Assembly: GCA_040954595.2 (NCBI GenBank)
Contig: CM082592.2
Coordinates: forward strand, 11,315,812-11,379,811
Length of the DNA: 64,000 nt
Direction of reading: 5' to 3'
From: Balanoglossus misakiensis
Taxonomy: Eukaryota; Animalia; Hemichordata
Shown here: in pieces, positions 15,001 through 27,500 of the stretch
Numbering within the stretch: position 1 is the first letter of the stretch
Layout: the number at the start of each line of letters is the position of its first letter
Made by a program: the position numbers and the translations under genes
Notes under the pieces: generated by a model
What the model saw: the letters and a program-made list of their open reading frames with translations, nothing else
Database searches by the model: none
Told to the model about the DNA's origin: nothing

Positions 15001-16349
15001 CTCTGAGGGTTGTACATATAGATTTACATATACCTCAATGACTGGTCATGAAGTGGAATTGAAACCTGGTGGTAGAAATGTCTATTTGTGGTAAGTGGTC
15101 ACGAAAACTGCTTCTGTGTTAGCCATTGTTTACTTCGGCACTTTCTGTAGCCAAGCCATGAGTTGTACAAGCCTTGCGTAAGGTGACGTCATTCCAGAAT
15201 TTGATAACTGTGTGATTATTAGACAATTGTGGCTATTGGGTGATCTTTTACTTGAAGCAGAGCATATTCCAGGCACTCACAACTCTCCATGTTTCCTTTT
15301 CCTCCCAGCTGGGAGAACAGACTTGAATACTTGGATTGCATCCGCAGACTCCGTCTACAAGAACTGCTATGTGATGTCCGAATGATGGCCGTAAAGTGTG
15401 GTCTGGCGTCGGTCATTCCAATACAGCTTCTGCCACTCATGACACCGTACGACATGGAGCTGAGAACCTGTGGGCTTCCCACTGTAGATTTAGATTTTCT
15501 CAAGGTTTGTAACCACTGTCTTTGGTACACAGTGGGTCTTCCTTGTACAGTCACTGTGGTGTGTGTAATTCTTGAATGTTGAGAAATCTACCAGAAATGC
15601 AAAGATACATTGTATCTTGTCATATTACCCATATACATTTGTAGTACCATATATCTCCATTGTTTTTGTGGCTGTGTGGTCCATTGTACCCAAGTCCATA
15701 ATTGTATTCACTAATAAGATACTCTAGTTGAACAGTTGGTTTTCTCTATTTTTTTCCGATCACAGGCACATACAATGTACCAAGTTGGTCTGATGGAGAC
15801 AGACACCCACATTGAGTATTTCTGGAATGCCTTGGAAAGTTTCTCACAAGAGGAACTGTGTAAATTTGTGAAATTCGCCTGCAATCAAGAGAGAATTCCC
15901 TGTACATGTCCCTGCAAAGATGGAAGTTCGGACACCGCTCATGTCCCGCCTTATCCCATGAAGATCGCTCCTCCTGATGGACCAAGTGGTAAGATCTCTC
16001 ATCATTTAACCCTTTCACCTCCATTACCCTCTTTCGAGGTTCCACTTCACCATAGGAAACAATGGATTTTGACAGATTTAGACGTGCAATTCTTGGTTAT
16101 ATCTGCCTGACTTGTGGTCACCATATCTTGTAAGTTAAAGTTTGTACAGATTTAGATCTGCTTGTGTATTTTATCTCCCTCAACACTTGAACTTGACTTT
16201 ACATTCTGACAGGTTCACCAGACACCAGATTTATTCGTGTTGAGACCTGCATGTTCATGATCAAGCTCCCCCAGTACTCCACACAGCAGATAATGACCCA
16301 GAGGCTGCTGTATGCCATCAACTGCCGGGAAGATCCACTCAGTGGTTGA
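1..16349 (+). CDS. HECTD4: HECT-domain E3 ubiquitin ligase HECTD4, 3' portion (5' end lies upstream of the window); about 45 exons with GT-AG introns
   Basis: Spliced exons give HECTD4-type segments: GSRSVLGSGWPKDLVK|VEGNTVTFAFEMRSGREHNTPDKAMWGF (210-588); a SPRY-like region FYWEVEI..VYFTYNGKRL..IRANFG (~7344-8120); a large exon at 10455-12565; and the HECT C-lobe. The last exon (16213-16349) reads RFIRVETCMFMIKLPQYS...REDPLSG*, with the catalytic Cys codon at 16248-16250. Confidence 0.93.
5761..5822. repeat. Degenerate (TG)n/(TCTG)n microsatellite in a HECTD4 intron
   Basis: TGGGTGTGTCTGTCTGTCTGTCTGTATATCTCTGTGTGTCTGTCTGTG read directly. Confidence 0.7.
9600..9668. mobile_element. Partial TTAA MITE copy in a HECTD4 intron
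   Basis: GGTCCAA..CCATTAAAATCAATGA..GGACCGAACCATGGTTGTGAAAGGGTGAA matches the right half of the element. Confidence 0.55.
16006..16072. mobile_element. Partial TTAA MITE copy in the last HECTD4 intron
   Basis: Exact TTAACCCTTTCACC end followed by CCATAGGAAACAATGG. Confidence 0.6.
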
Positions 16350-19300
16350 AAGTCGAGAGGATTTACTGTAATCTTCAATGAATATGGAAAACTTATTGAG
16401 ATGTGACAAAACATGTATTTTTATGGTGCTATTGTACCAGTGAATGTACAGTCTGTTAATTTTGGCTTAAATTTTGAACTCCCATGATGCACCTGTCATA
16501 CTCTCATTCTATTTACCCTGTGTATGTTTTATATTGTGAGAAATGTAATTTTAGTTCAGCACTTACATATCCATTTTTTTCCTGACAACTGGTTTATTTC
16601 TGCATATCCATATTTTTCATTTTCAGGCTTTTTTATTATTTCTTATAAACGGTATTATCTTTTTACAAAGCAAATCAGTGCTCACGAATGTCAATTCATA
16701 AATTCAGAGTAGGACCTTAAGTTGCCAAATACATGTACATAACACGCTTGAAATGAAGTCAGGTCATTGGTATCACACATAAACAAGGTAAAAAAAACCA
16801 GACCCATGAAATAAGATTGTTGTATTTTCAACACATAAGTGTAAGTTGTGAAAACTCCTCATAGCTACTTTAAAAAGTTAAAGATTTTATAAAATGTGTG
16901 TTGGCTGATGATGCAACCAAAGAAATTGAAAGTTACATTTATGGGGAAATAACAATGTTTGAGTTAGTGTGATAGTCTTGCATTGAGCAATGTATGCATC
17001 TAAATCTTAAGAAATGCCTGTAGTTTGGTTTTTGGCTGTGATAGTCATTCATGTGTTCCTCATCTTTTGCCATGCAACTAGCCATGTGCAAAGTGTAACC
17101 ATATCTTCCTATCCCAGAATGTAGATGTTTTCTTGCGCAATTTTCCCAAGTGTTTGGAAGACTGCGAGGTTCATAGGTCATGGTATTAGACGGCCATCTT
17201 TCAAGAAATGGTATTGGTGTGAATGTCTTAAGTAAAGATATTCTAACAGGTGGGGCGTATCTTCTTTCTGTAACATTTCAAATTCAACATGAGTTCTGTC
17301 AATGGATAAAGATTCATCAATTCAAATCAAAGGTTATTGTTTATATGCAGGTAGAGTTAGTTGGCTGTGTTTTACATAGAGGTAGATTTCAGTAGAGGGA
17401 AAATTGAACCAAGCCATGTGGCTTTGGTCGAAGTAGTCAATAGGGCTAAGCTTTGTGTTTAATTCAATGCAAAATGCATTAGAATGAAATATGCACAATT
17501 TCAAAGGTCAGGTCGCGGTGCATCTTATGGAAAAATGTGAATTTTTGTTTGTGTATGTATGTACAAGTTAGTGTGAGAGAAATGAATTGAAAAAATAAAA
17601 TGTGTAATGTTATTCAGTGCAGCCACGTGTCAGTGGTGTGATTTCTTGAGCGGATCTGCTGATTAGGAAATATTAAAGGTAAGTTGTCAACATTTGAAAA
17701 TGCTTTCACTCTGCTTCCAACATTTGTGAATTGTGTGACTAGTTGAAATCTAAACCATTTCTTTTCCACTTTCAGAGAGATCACAAGAAAGATTTATCCA
17801 GCTCTAGGGCGAAATGATTAGCAAAACTGCCATTCAACAAGATAGGTAATAAATGTGTGTTTTATTTGACAAACAAAATGCCAGGATGTACAAGTCACCG
17901 GGGGTCATGAAATGTACTGGTATATATCTACTGCACATGTTACAATGAAACAAAGCACCACATTCTTTTTTTGTTTAAATTATTTTAATATTTAGAGCTT
18001 TTAATTGCCACAATATACATCACATGAATTTGCAATGTCAACCTCCCGCCCCTCCCAAAAAAAAGTTTCCCCATTCTAAAATTATGCCCATCACCACAAA
18101 ATAACCACTTTCTGTCTCCTTTGTTTTCAAGACAAAAAATATTGACAGATTTTTCTCATTGAGTTTGGCCGTTAACTTGCCAAGTTTCAGGGAAACTCTA
18201 CAGAGAAACATATTGTTTCTTCACACTACATGTTTCATATTCACAAACTATCCCATACCACTGAATTATGTAAAATTCCCCCAAACTGATTTCACTGTGA
18301 AATGAAACAGGCAAGAAAAACCAGAACCAGCCAAGTTAACTGCCTAATTTGAATATCTTGTAATGGGAATTTTTACACTGAAAGTTTTCTGAAAAAATGG
18401 CAAAAAAGTAAACATATATATACTGTAATATACACAAAAGATGGTTAAACAATAAGCAATTACTTTCCAGAACTCAAAACAAACTGCAATAAGAAAAGTC
18501 ACTAAACAAGAAGCTAACAGTACAGACATATTATTTTTTAGGTGCCTGAAGCTACACTTCCACAATAATACTGCACAAGTATAGGTGTGTCAAAAAAAAT
18601 AAAACTGGTTCTTTGTTGATTGACTGATCTCTGAAATTGTGGAGAAAGTCTTAGTGGTACAGGGTGTTCATAGATCTACATGTATTCGACAAAATATTCC
18701 ACATGGCAGCTTTCTTGAAACACAATCACCTGTAACTGAAATCTGTCATCAATTTATGGCACTTGTACATCATATTCCCATCATTTTGTTGAATTTGCAA
18801 TGACACATGTGAGATCAGAAAACCAACATTTATGAAGAGTTTGTTGACATCTGGAATTTTACACAGGTGACCAAGAGCAGGACAACCTGTCATTGCACTT
18901 TGACCTTTGTGCAGACTTCACCAGGCAGAGTTCTTCATTCAAGTCGGTTTTGTGTGAGTCATTTTATTTCAAGAAAAACTCTGGATTCTGAAGTCCAGAA
19001 TTTTTCGAGTGATTTGGCAAGTATTTTTGTCATGGTCATTGACATTGTTCGATTGCAAACAAAGTGTAAGTGGCTATCAAATCAGGACTTTTCAGGCTGA
19101 GACACATTTTCAAATTCCAGGATTTTCTAAGAGTGCTGACTTGTTGCCGCATTTATTAGAGTTTCAGTACAAGTATCGTATCCACAGACCATTTCACTGC
19201 AATTACATATACTTCAAAAGGTTTGCAGAATATGGGCTAAATAAATGAACACCACGTCTGGTTTCAACTGTCATAATACTAAAAAAAAATTGATATGAAA

Positions 19301-19932
19301 GTTTGACAAGAAAGATTATATTTCTCATCAACAACTAATTGAGTATTTAACCCTAGACAATATTAACATACTGCTTGCAATAAATTGATTGTAAATTTTG
19401 AAAACAAAAACAAAAACTGGTTCTGTAGGTTCAGACAGCATTCTCGCATTCTAATTAAATATGGCTCCTGATACAGTTGACATACACCGTAAACATAGCC
19501 CCTTTTTTCAGGAATACTTTCTGGGACAAACTTGTCCAAACACAACAGCCCAGATGCAGGATTATTCAATAAGGGTTGTCACCTTTAAAGAAACCCTGAA
19601 TTCCATAAATAATACTTTTCTACAAGTCTGTAATCTGTGATGGTTGAAATATTTCAATCATCACATTTCAATTCTGATCAGGTTTTGTTCCAGGTGCTAA
19701 AAAATTTGACTTTCTCATCAGAAAGGCTACCCCAAACATCTATGAGAATCATTCTCGTGGGGCAAAAGCTATTTCTCCCAGGGAGTAACAGTCATCATAA
19801 ATATTTTTTTCTTTTTTTGGGGGGTGTAGTGGCTGTTATTCTGGTCGAAGTTTTGCCGTCTTTGGCTCAAGAGCAACGTGAAGCCAGGTCAATGTCCATG
19901 TTGTTGTAGCTGAGATGGGGTGTGATGGGCAC

Positions 19933-21280
19933 TCAGGCGATTAACAACCAAAACATAAACAGCAAAGCCACCCAAAGGAAAATCCTGGACAGGAATTGTT
20001 CTTCTTCATTCTGTGGAGTTCCTGGTGCAGCTGAAACACAAATGGAGAATAAATTCACTACAATTTACAATTTATGGTGAACCAGTACTCAAACAAGCAA
20101 CTTTTGAGCACAGATCAAGGCCTCAAAGGAGTGTTCGGTTTGATGTTTTTACCTGCTCTGGGCCTGCCATCATTGAAGTTGAAGGTTGATGCAAATATTC
20201 CAAAAGGAAATGCGCCTATACCAAATGACATCTGAAAACCACCATCTCCAAAACCAAACCCTTGAAAAGGCTGAAAAGAAAACAGAAATTTATTAAAAGA
20301 AACTGCTGAATAATTATTATGTATAATTTTCTTGTGTCATCATTGTGTTTGTTGCATCAGTGAGATGTTCATATTGGCTTCAATCTGTTTCATTACAGTG
20401 CTGTTGTTTTTCTCATAAATGTAGTTTGGAAGACTTCTTACCCCATGTGTTTCTGGCTCTGGCCTTTGACCTGGTGGCCTTGGAGGTAATTTTTGCCTGT
20501 TGGATACAATGGGCAATATTCATTGAGACACAGCATCATGGAAACACAGAAAGACACAGAAGCGACGGAGATCATTAGGCAAAGATAGAAGAAGCCACAT
20601 CAAACGTTGGATCATACCTTGGGTCTTCCTGTTTTGCATTCCCTCTTCCGTAAAGAGGTATTACTTTATCTTTGCTGATACCGGCTTTACACACCGGACA
20701 CAGTTGTCTGTTTGGTCTCGTCTCCAACCACTGATGTAAACAAGGCCAGCTGTGATAGAATGGGAAAATGTCAGAATCAAACCAATGAAGTATCATTTTA
20801 TTATTTCTGAAATAATGGCAAATTGATGGGTACCCATACAATAAAATACGTGACAACTATTATACACAAACTGACTGATTTACATGTAATTGTAGTGGCC
20901 CCTATAAACATGTCAAACATGAATATTTACCAGTATTCACTGTGTACGATAAAACAAGTACATTCACACATTGACACAAGGTCGAGAGAGAACGAGAGTC
21001 TGTACAGTGTAACCAGTAAAGCTGACGTGTCTCTCAAACTTGTGGCCAAAATGTCGATTTCGTTTGTTTTCCAAGTAAACTGAACTGGTTTCTCAAAAAT
21101 ACAGTGTACAACTACTCACCAGAATAAATGACCACAGTAACTTATGACGGCATCCCTCGCTGTATCGAGACAAATATTACACTCGAAGACTTCATTACCC
21201 TCCTCTGACGCAGTCGGGCTGGCACCTCCCGAAGCTCCTGATGATGCCCCCGCACTCGACTCGGAACCCTGTGCTCTCAT
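19933..21280 (-). CDS. RNF185: RING-finger ER-membrane E3 ligase RNF185 (RNF5/RNF185 family); exons 21280-21120, 20749-20618, 20496-20442, 20270-20153, 20030-19933
   Basis: C3HC4 [27 protein letters not shown]|[24 protein letters not shown]; [11 protein letters not shown]; [25 protein letters not shown]; C-terminal [24 protein letters not shown]. All splice phases close. Confidence 0.93.
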
Positions 21281-21359
21281 TTTGTCAGTTTCAATACTTA
21301 CTTTTTGTGTCAGACAATCACGCCTATAAAACCGAAAGACTTTTAAAACCACATATCAG

Positions 21360-21720
21360 CGATTTCTACGCGAATTTGCGGATTTTGGACACAATATTGA
21401 CCCAGTGCACAGATCTCTAGCTCACGGAAATAGCACCTGTGTACGTGTATGGTTGTTCGGTGTATATACTCCTACACTAATGATAGCACTTTTAGGGTTT
21501 CATTTCAACATGATCAGATGTGGCGTTGCTGAAAGAATGTAACTTCCCCTAGAGATTATATTTTTGTCTAATCCTGTTGCATTCATTGCTTTTCAATCTA
21601 CATAATCTGACTTCTTGCCATAAAATACAAACTTTTCTTTTCTCTAAACCCGGAAGCAGAAACTCATGACGTCATTTATGCAAATAACCTTGTTTACATC
21701 CGGGCAATTTCTGATGTTTC
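21360..21720. promoter_or_regulatory. Probable bidirectional promoter between RNF185 (-) and EIF4ENIF1 (+)
   Basis: Head-to-head genes. Clustered motifs: ETS CCGGAAG 21650-21656, CRE TGACGTCA 21667-21674, octamer ATGCAAAT 21678-21685, forkhead-like TGTTTAC 21691-21697. A donor-like GAG|GTTAG at 21973 could end a non-coding first exon. Confidence 0.55.
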
Positions 21721-24480
21721 TCCATTACTGTGCTGTTCCAAGTTTTCACATTTTTGTTGTCGAAAATTTCGTGGAAAATGTTAGTGAAATTGTTACTTTA
21801 GCGATATTCAACGCCTTTAGAATTATTCCTTGCTTTTCTAACCCGCACCTAGTGGATATTTAGTCGGTCTGCGTGTCTTGGAGTTGCTTATATAGGTGCT
21901 CTTTGCGCAGAAGGGTTACAACCGAAACAACGTGGCAAGCTAGCTGCTCTGCAAGCCCGTGTCTGCTTCTGAGGTTAGACATTTTTGTTTTTATTTTATG
22001 TGTGACGACATAGAGAGGGTAGCTCTGTTATATCAAAAATATCATTATCTTACAAAACATGAGGTACTATTCTCTGTGCTGCTTTACAAAATGTCACCGT
22101 TCAAGATGGTAAATTTGAAATGTCTTCGTCATACTCTTCCTGTCTTGGTCAGTGTTATTTTGTTGTGTCGTGCGAGTCTGCATATTCATAACGTACAGAC
22201 CCTGCACCAACCTCGGGATAAACGCAGGTCACACAAACGTTGGTACATAAAAAGTCGTGTGTCCTAGAAACATATAACAGACGGTAGGTTTCAAGAAGTC
22301 TTTCCCAGGTTTTGTTGTTTTCTGGAAGTGTTTTGTTTTCAAGTTCACATCTTAGCAGGAAGTGACAATTCGCACCCTTTGTTTGCTGTGCCTTTATCTG
22401 TTTATGCGAGTGACACACTTGTTATTTAACAAAGATAACTGACTTAACATGTTAGAATGATGTTCCCATGAAACATTTAACGTGCGAGTGTTTTGATGTA
22501 CATCAAATAGCCATATGACCTACATATGAAATATACAAGCTCACTACACTTACTTGTGAAATCGACAGCCAATCTCATTATTAACCCAGTTTACTCATTT
22601 AGTACACAATGCAGTCATTGTGGTAGAGTTGTACACACACTATTTTGGTAATATTGTGATAGTCTATACCTGGTGGTATTGCGCATGTCTTTTATTGTTT
22701 GTTACAAATCGGTGTCATTTATATGTCACTAAAAGCTCCTGACCTCAACATGTTATGTACTACAGTACACAAAGGAATATTGTAATTGTGAAGCTTAACT
22801 GTTGCTTCATGGTTACATGTAATTAGTTTATTGATAAATAGTAAATGGTGCACAACCATACTGACTTGGAACAAAAATAAATTTGTAACCTGAAAGTACT
22901 TAAAAATTCCAGGCTGATTCCATAACCTGTATTGCTAGCATACACATGCAGATTACACTGTATTACTGCTGAGCTGATTCACACAAAAAGTCCATGTAAG
23001 GGTACCTCCTGTAGTTCCATGGCTAGTTTCATCACTGTAACTATGGCAACAACCAGTACCTGGTTTAAATGACCTGGCTCATAAGCTGATAAATTTTACC
23101 AGGGTACCTCACCATTTTACCTGATTGACCTGAATTCATTTTAAAGAGAGAATCATCTTACTGAGTAGTCGCTTCTAATTCCGGGACAGAGGTTTTAACT
23201 TCTGACATTATACATGTATGACCCTGTTTATCTCACAGGAAAGTCGTGTATGTTTACTGATTGAAACCTGCTGAATCTATCAGTTATCAAATCTCTACTG
23301 ATGCCGAGCCTCCAGGCATAACATATGAAAGATGACGGTATGACAGAACCTAAGAACCTCTGCACTATCCGTGCGGTTCAGAAGTTATTTTCACGAGTGA
23401 GACTGTTCTTATTCTTTCAGTTCTTCATATCAACACAGTAAAGTGAAAGTACAAGAGCATGCTCAGCAGAATAGGCAGATCACATGAATTTTTAGCATTA
23501 AACCCTTAAAATCCCTTAATACCCACTGATATCTATAAAGAAAGATAAATATTGTAATTTCTCACCTGAAATAAAAAATATATGTAGCTAAAATATCTTA
23601 TCTAATTATCAGTGGCGCTATCCTGATAACAGATCAGAATGATTTAATATCATGTTTTTTGGGAGTATCAGAAGTCTTGCATGTTTACGTATACTTTGAT
23701 CCAATTTACATTGTGGGAGGAACGTGGCTGCACATAACAAGATTGACCTTTTTGTAAACTGGCATTTTGCCCTTGACAGAACACTGTCACAGTAAAGAAA
23801 ATCAACATCTGATGTCAGGCTTCAATTAAATTTGCTTACATTGTTTGCGTGACCCAGACATTTGTCTTAATCCCCTGTCATTCTTCTTGCACAAAATATA
23901 GCAAATATAATTGAGTAATAAAAAATGATAAAATTATTTTTTACAAGTTGTTTCATTTGCTTCTGTGTTACACATTCGTTTGTGGATAATTAGCATGAAT
24001 GCATCGACTTAGGTGGTTGTTAATCTCAGGTCATTGTAAAAGGATCTTATGTGTACTTCAGGCATTGATTTATTGTGAATTATGTAAGTTCTAAAATGGC
24101 AGCCTATCTAAGCAATATAACTCTGGCAGTAGCATTACATCTCTGGTTTTAATTTCTCTGAATGGAACATTATCATGTTGCTGTTATTTCCATAGTTGAT
24201 TGTGCTGTATGCAAATCTCTTGTTAATTCAGTGGGTATTGTTCAGTTGTGCTGATGTTTGTAGTGAATTTGTTTTTTTTGGAATCGATCTCCAGAGTATA
24301 CTGAACATCATACAGCTAATTTTTGACCGAGAAATTTATCAAAGCATCTTTTCACTGAAATTCATTGCAGTGTTTCATCCCTTTCCTTTAATTAAATGTT
24401 TTTTTTTCGTGGAGATTTGACATTTAATTATAACTCCCAGTCCCAGCAGTGTCTGCATTGCATCCATGGATTCATTTGGT

Positions 24481-24501
24481 TCATCATCATCATCATCATC
24501 G

Positions 24502-24549
<48 letters not shown>
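24481..24549 (+). repeat. (TCA)n trinucleotide microsatellite, about 23 units with one TCG interruption
   Basis: Read directly; it ends at the CACTAAT branch-like motif upstream of the 24575 acceptor. Confidence 0.95.
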
Positions 24550-24576
24550 CTAATTTTAAAATATTTTTCCCTAGAA

Positions 24577-27500
24577 ATGGAAAGCAACTGCAAGACAGAA
24601 GAAACATCCAAGAATGAAAATGAAGAACAAAATACTGAAACAAAAGATGCTAGAAGGAAATCTCTGAGTCACCAATATTCAAAGGTAAAAAGGCAGAGGT
24701 GTTACCACTTGTCAATTTTCCTTCTGCTGTTGTGATGTACATGCCTAGAGATACGTTTCCTATCAGTGCATCCCTGTGACTCCTGTTCATTGTTAAATGT
24801 TACAAAGTGTGCTTCATAACAAATACTGTAACAGTTGTTAGTGACAAAATTCAGCCTCTGAGTATGCATCGTCCTCCCCCCTTCCCCATCATGTGTCCTG
24901 GCTGATGTGGAATAGAATAAGCCAATACATTAGAGAAGAGTAGGTTTCAATGCAAATGGTTGATATGGCTCATCAGATTTAGCACAGTGCAACATCTTTC
25001 TGACAAGTACAAATTGAATTCTGACTTGATTGGTCTCATGATGCTTGAAATAGATTCTTCTTGAACTGACAAATGATCCTTACTTTCATTCATTGCACAG
25101 TTTCCACATTTGTATTTGAGGACATCGTAATATTTTGCATTTGATAACATTAGCATAAATCTGTAGACTAGTATATCAACACTGTGTTCATTTCAGTATT
25201 GAATTAATTATGGTACCCTGGTAAAACCACAGGGCAGCATTTTCTAAAGGGAGACATTTAATCCTTTGCAAAATCTGTGTCAGTGTGTTTTTTGCACTCG
25301 TGTCTTATATCACAAATGTGTAGAATGATTCCAGGTTTCCTTAATTTTGCAGAGAAATTCATATTTGATGTTATAGCTGCAAAGCAAGATTAGAATTATT
25401 CTTATCCTTATTTTCCTTTTTTTTTTTCGTTCCTTTAGGATGAGTTATTAGATTTGTGCGCAAGCCCGGCAGCCAGTGTAAGACCATCATGTCTTTCTCA
25501 AGATTTCGATGGGTAAGTTTTATCCCTCGCATCAGATGAATTCTATAATTCATAGCTCACTGTCCTCTATGGAGGCAGTTCCTTGAATGTTCAGATCAGG
25601 CCCATTGATTGCTTGGATATATAAGAACTGGCTCATCTTTATTAATTAATTGTTGGATCTACATTCATGAAAATGGGGATATTAGGACCGTCCCTCAAGA
25701 ATACTTACTCTATCCACTGACCACTTGTGTCGCTATTTTATACCCCTTTTCTCTGGTTTAATACAGACCTGATGGCCGATGGGATCCTGAGAGATGGCAT
25801 GTGCATCTCTCTGGTAGAAGATCAAGGGGCTCATCGCCAACCCTAATGCTAGAACGACGACCAAGTGATTTAGAAAGAGAGTTATTCCGCAGGAGACCTT
25901 CAGGTAACCTTCTGTGGTATAATCTTGTGTGTATTGCTCTTCAGAGCATGTGTTGTATGTGGTTTTGTTTGTACTGAGGAGTGTTCAAATTTCGGCTTTC
26001 ACCTATTGAACTTCTGATGTTACCAATTTACAGATGCCAAAGAGAGGATCAAGGAAGAAAGAGACGGGATCGTTCTTAGTCCTCAGCGTCGCAGCTTCGG
26101 TCACGGTTGCCAAGTATCTGCACAGAGTGCATTCACCCGACGTTCCGGGAGTCCACTGGAACAGAAGGAGGGAGACTCAACCAGCAGTAATCAGACACAG
26201 AGACGCATTGGCAGTGGGAGGCTGACTAATAGGACTAGGTCCCTGGATTATGATGACAGAGCTGCCACCAGACAGGTCAGAGAGAGATATGATAGAGACT
26301 ATGATCATGAGAAAGATGGAAGATTTGACAGATATGGGCCTAAAGATACCAGGCGACTGACAAGAACTGAAGGTAAGATATAATTTATATTGCGTATAAA
26401 AAATAAATAGTGTGAAAAGTGACCTACTTCTTTGAATCTGTAGCTTAGGGCATGTACATGGCTCAGTATGAGGGCAGTGATACAGTTTTTGATCCTGTAG
26501 TTAAGACATGCACAGGTCAGAGTAAACGTATATGTTCAGCAGTATTAAAACCATACACATTTTGCGTCCTCATTTTCTTCAGCTCGACGCCATTACAACA
26601 GAGAGCCAGAACCAGAGTGGTTTTCAGCGGGTCCGTCGAGTCAATCGGAAACAATTGAATTGCATGGATTCCAGACTGAAGACCTGAGGAAAGATGGTGG
26701 ACCAGACTATACTCCTAATAAAGGTAAGAGCAATGTATTAAGTTGCAGGAATGTTTTGTTTCTATTTTGGTTTCATTGATAATAATATTACTTCAAACTT
26801 GTACTAAACATGTTAATCCAGCGAGTACATGAATCCTATTTTGTATTTCTGCAGTGATGATAAGTATCAAAAACCGCAACGGAAGCTACGAAACACATCA
26901 TTCCAGCTCACCAGAGACTTCCCGTGACCATGACACGAGTTCAGCCGCAGCAGAAGATCAAAACTTCGATATCAACCAGTTCTTCAGCTTCAATGACACC
27001 ATACCTGGTCTACCAGAGGTCAGTTCACATTCATCCTCATTCGAAACCTTTTATAAGCATTTGAACAAAGATTCTTGTGAGCCATGTTACCGACATGCCA
27101 GATCATGAACTACTTGTAATCATATGTGCTAGTTTTATATGTAAGAAGTCCCCTTTACTTACGTGTGTGACAGATCGTGGATACCCCAGAAGTTGGCGAA
27201 GCTTCTCAGACTAGCAGATTTAGCCAATGGTTTTCATCAGGTGGCAATCGCAGTCGTAGTAGCAGCCACAGTGGGGGAAGCAGAAGATCCACTCCTCATG
27301 AGGAGCTGGAATCTCTACATGGTAAGTTCTGTGGTGTTCATCAATGTGCTTGATTACAAGATAAACTTCATTGAACATTTTCGTGCCTTATAGGAATCAT
27401 ATTGAAAGACATATGATCTCTCAGACAATTTCTGAAAACAGTAATGAAATTAATGAATAAATATTTGTCAACAGATTTCTCCAACCGAAGTAATCCAATA

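Noticed and set aside
24375-24735. Poly-D, poly-M, poly-I and poly-S ORFs
   Set aside because: These are translations of the intronic (TCA)n microsatellite.
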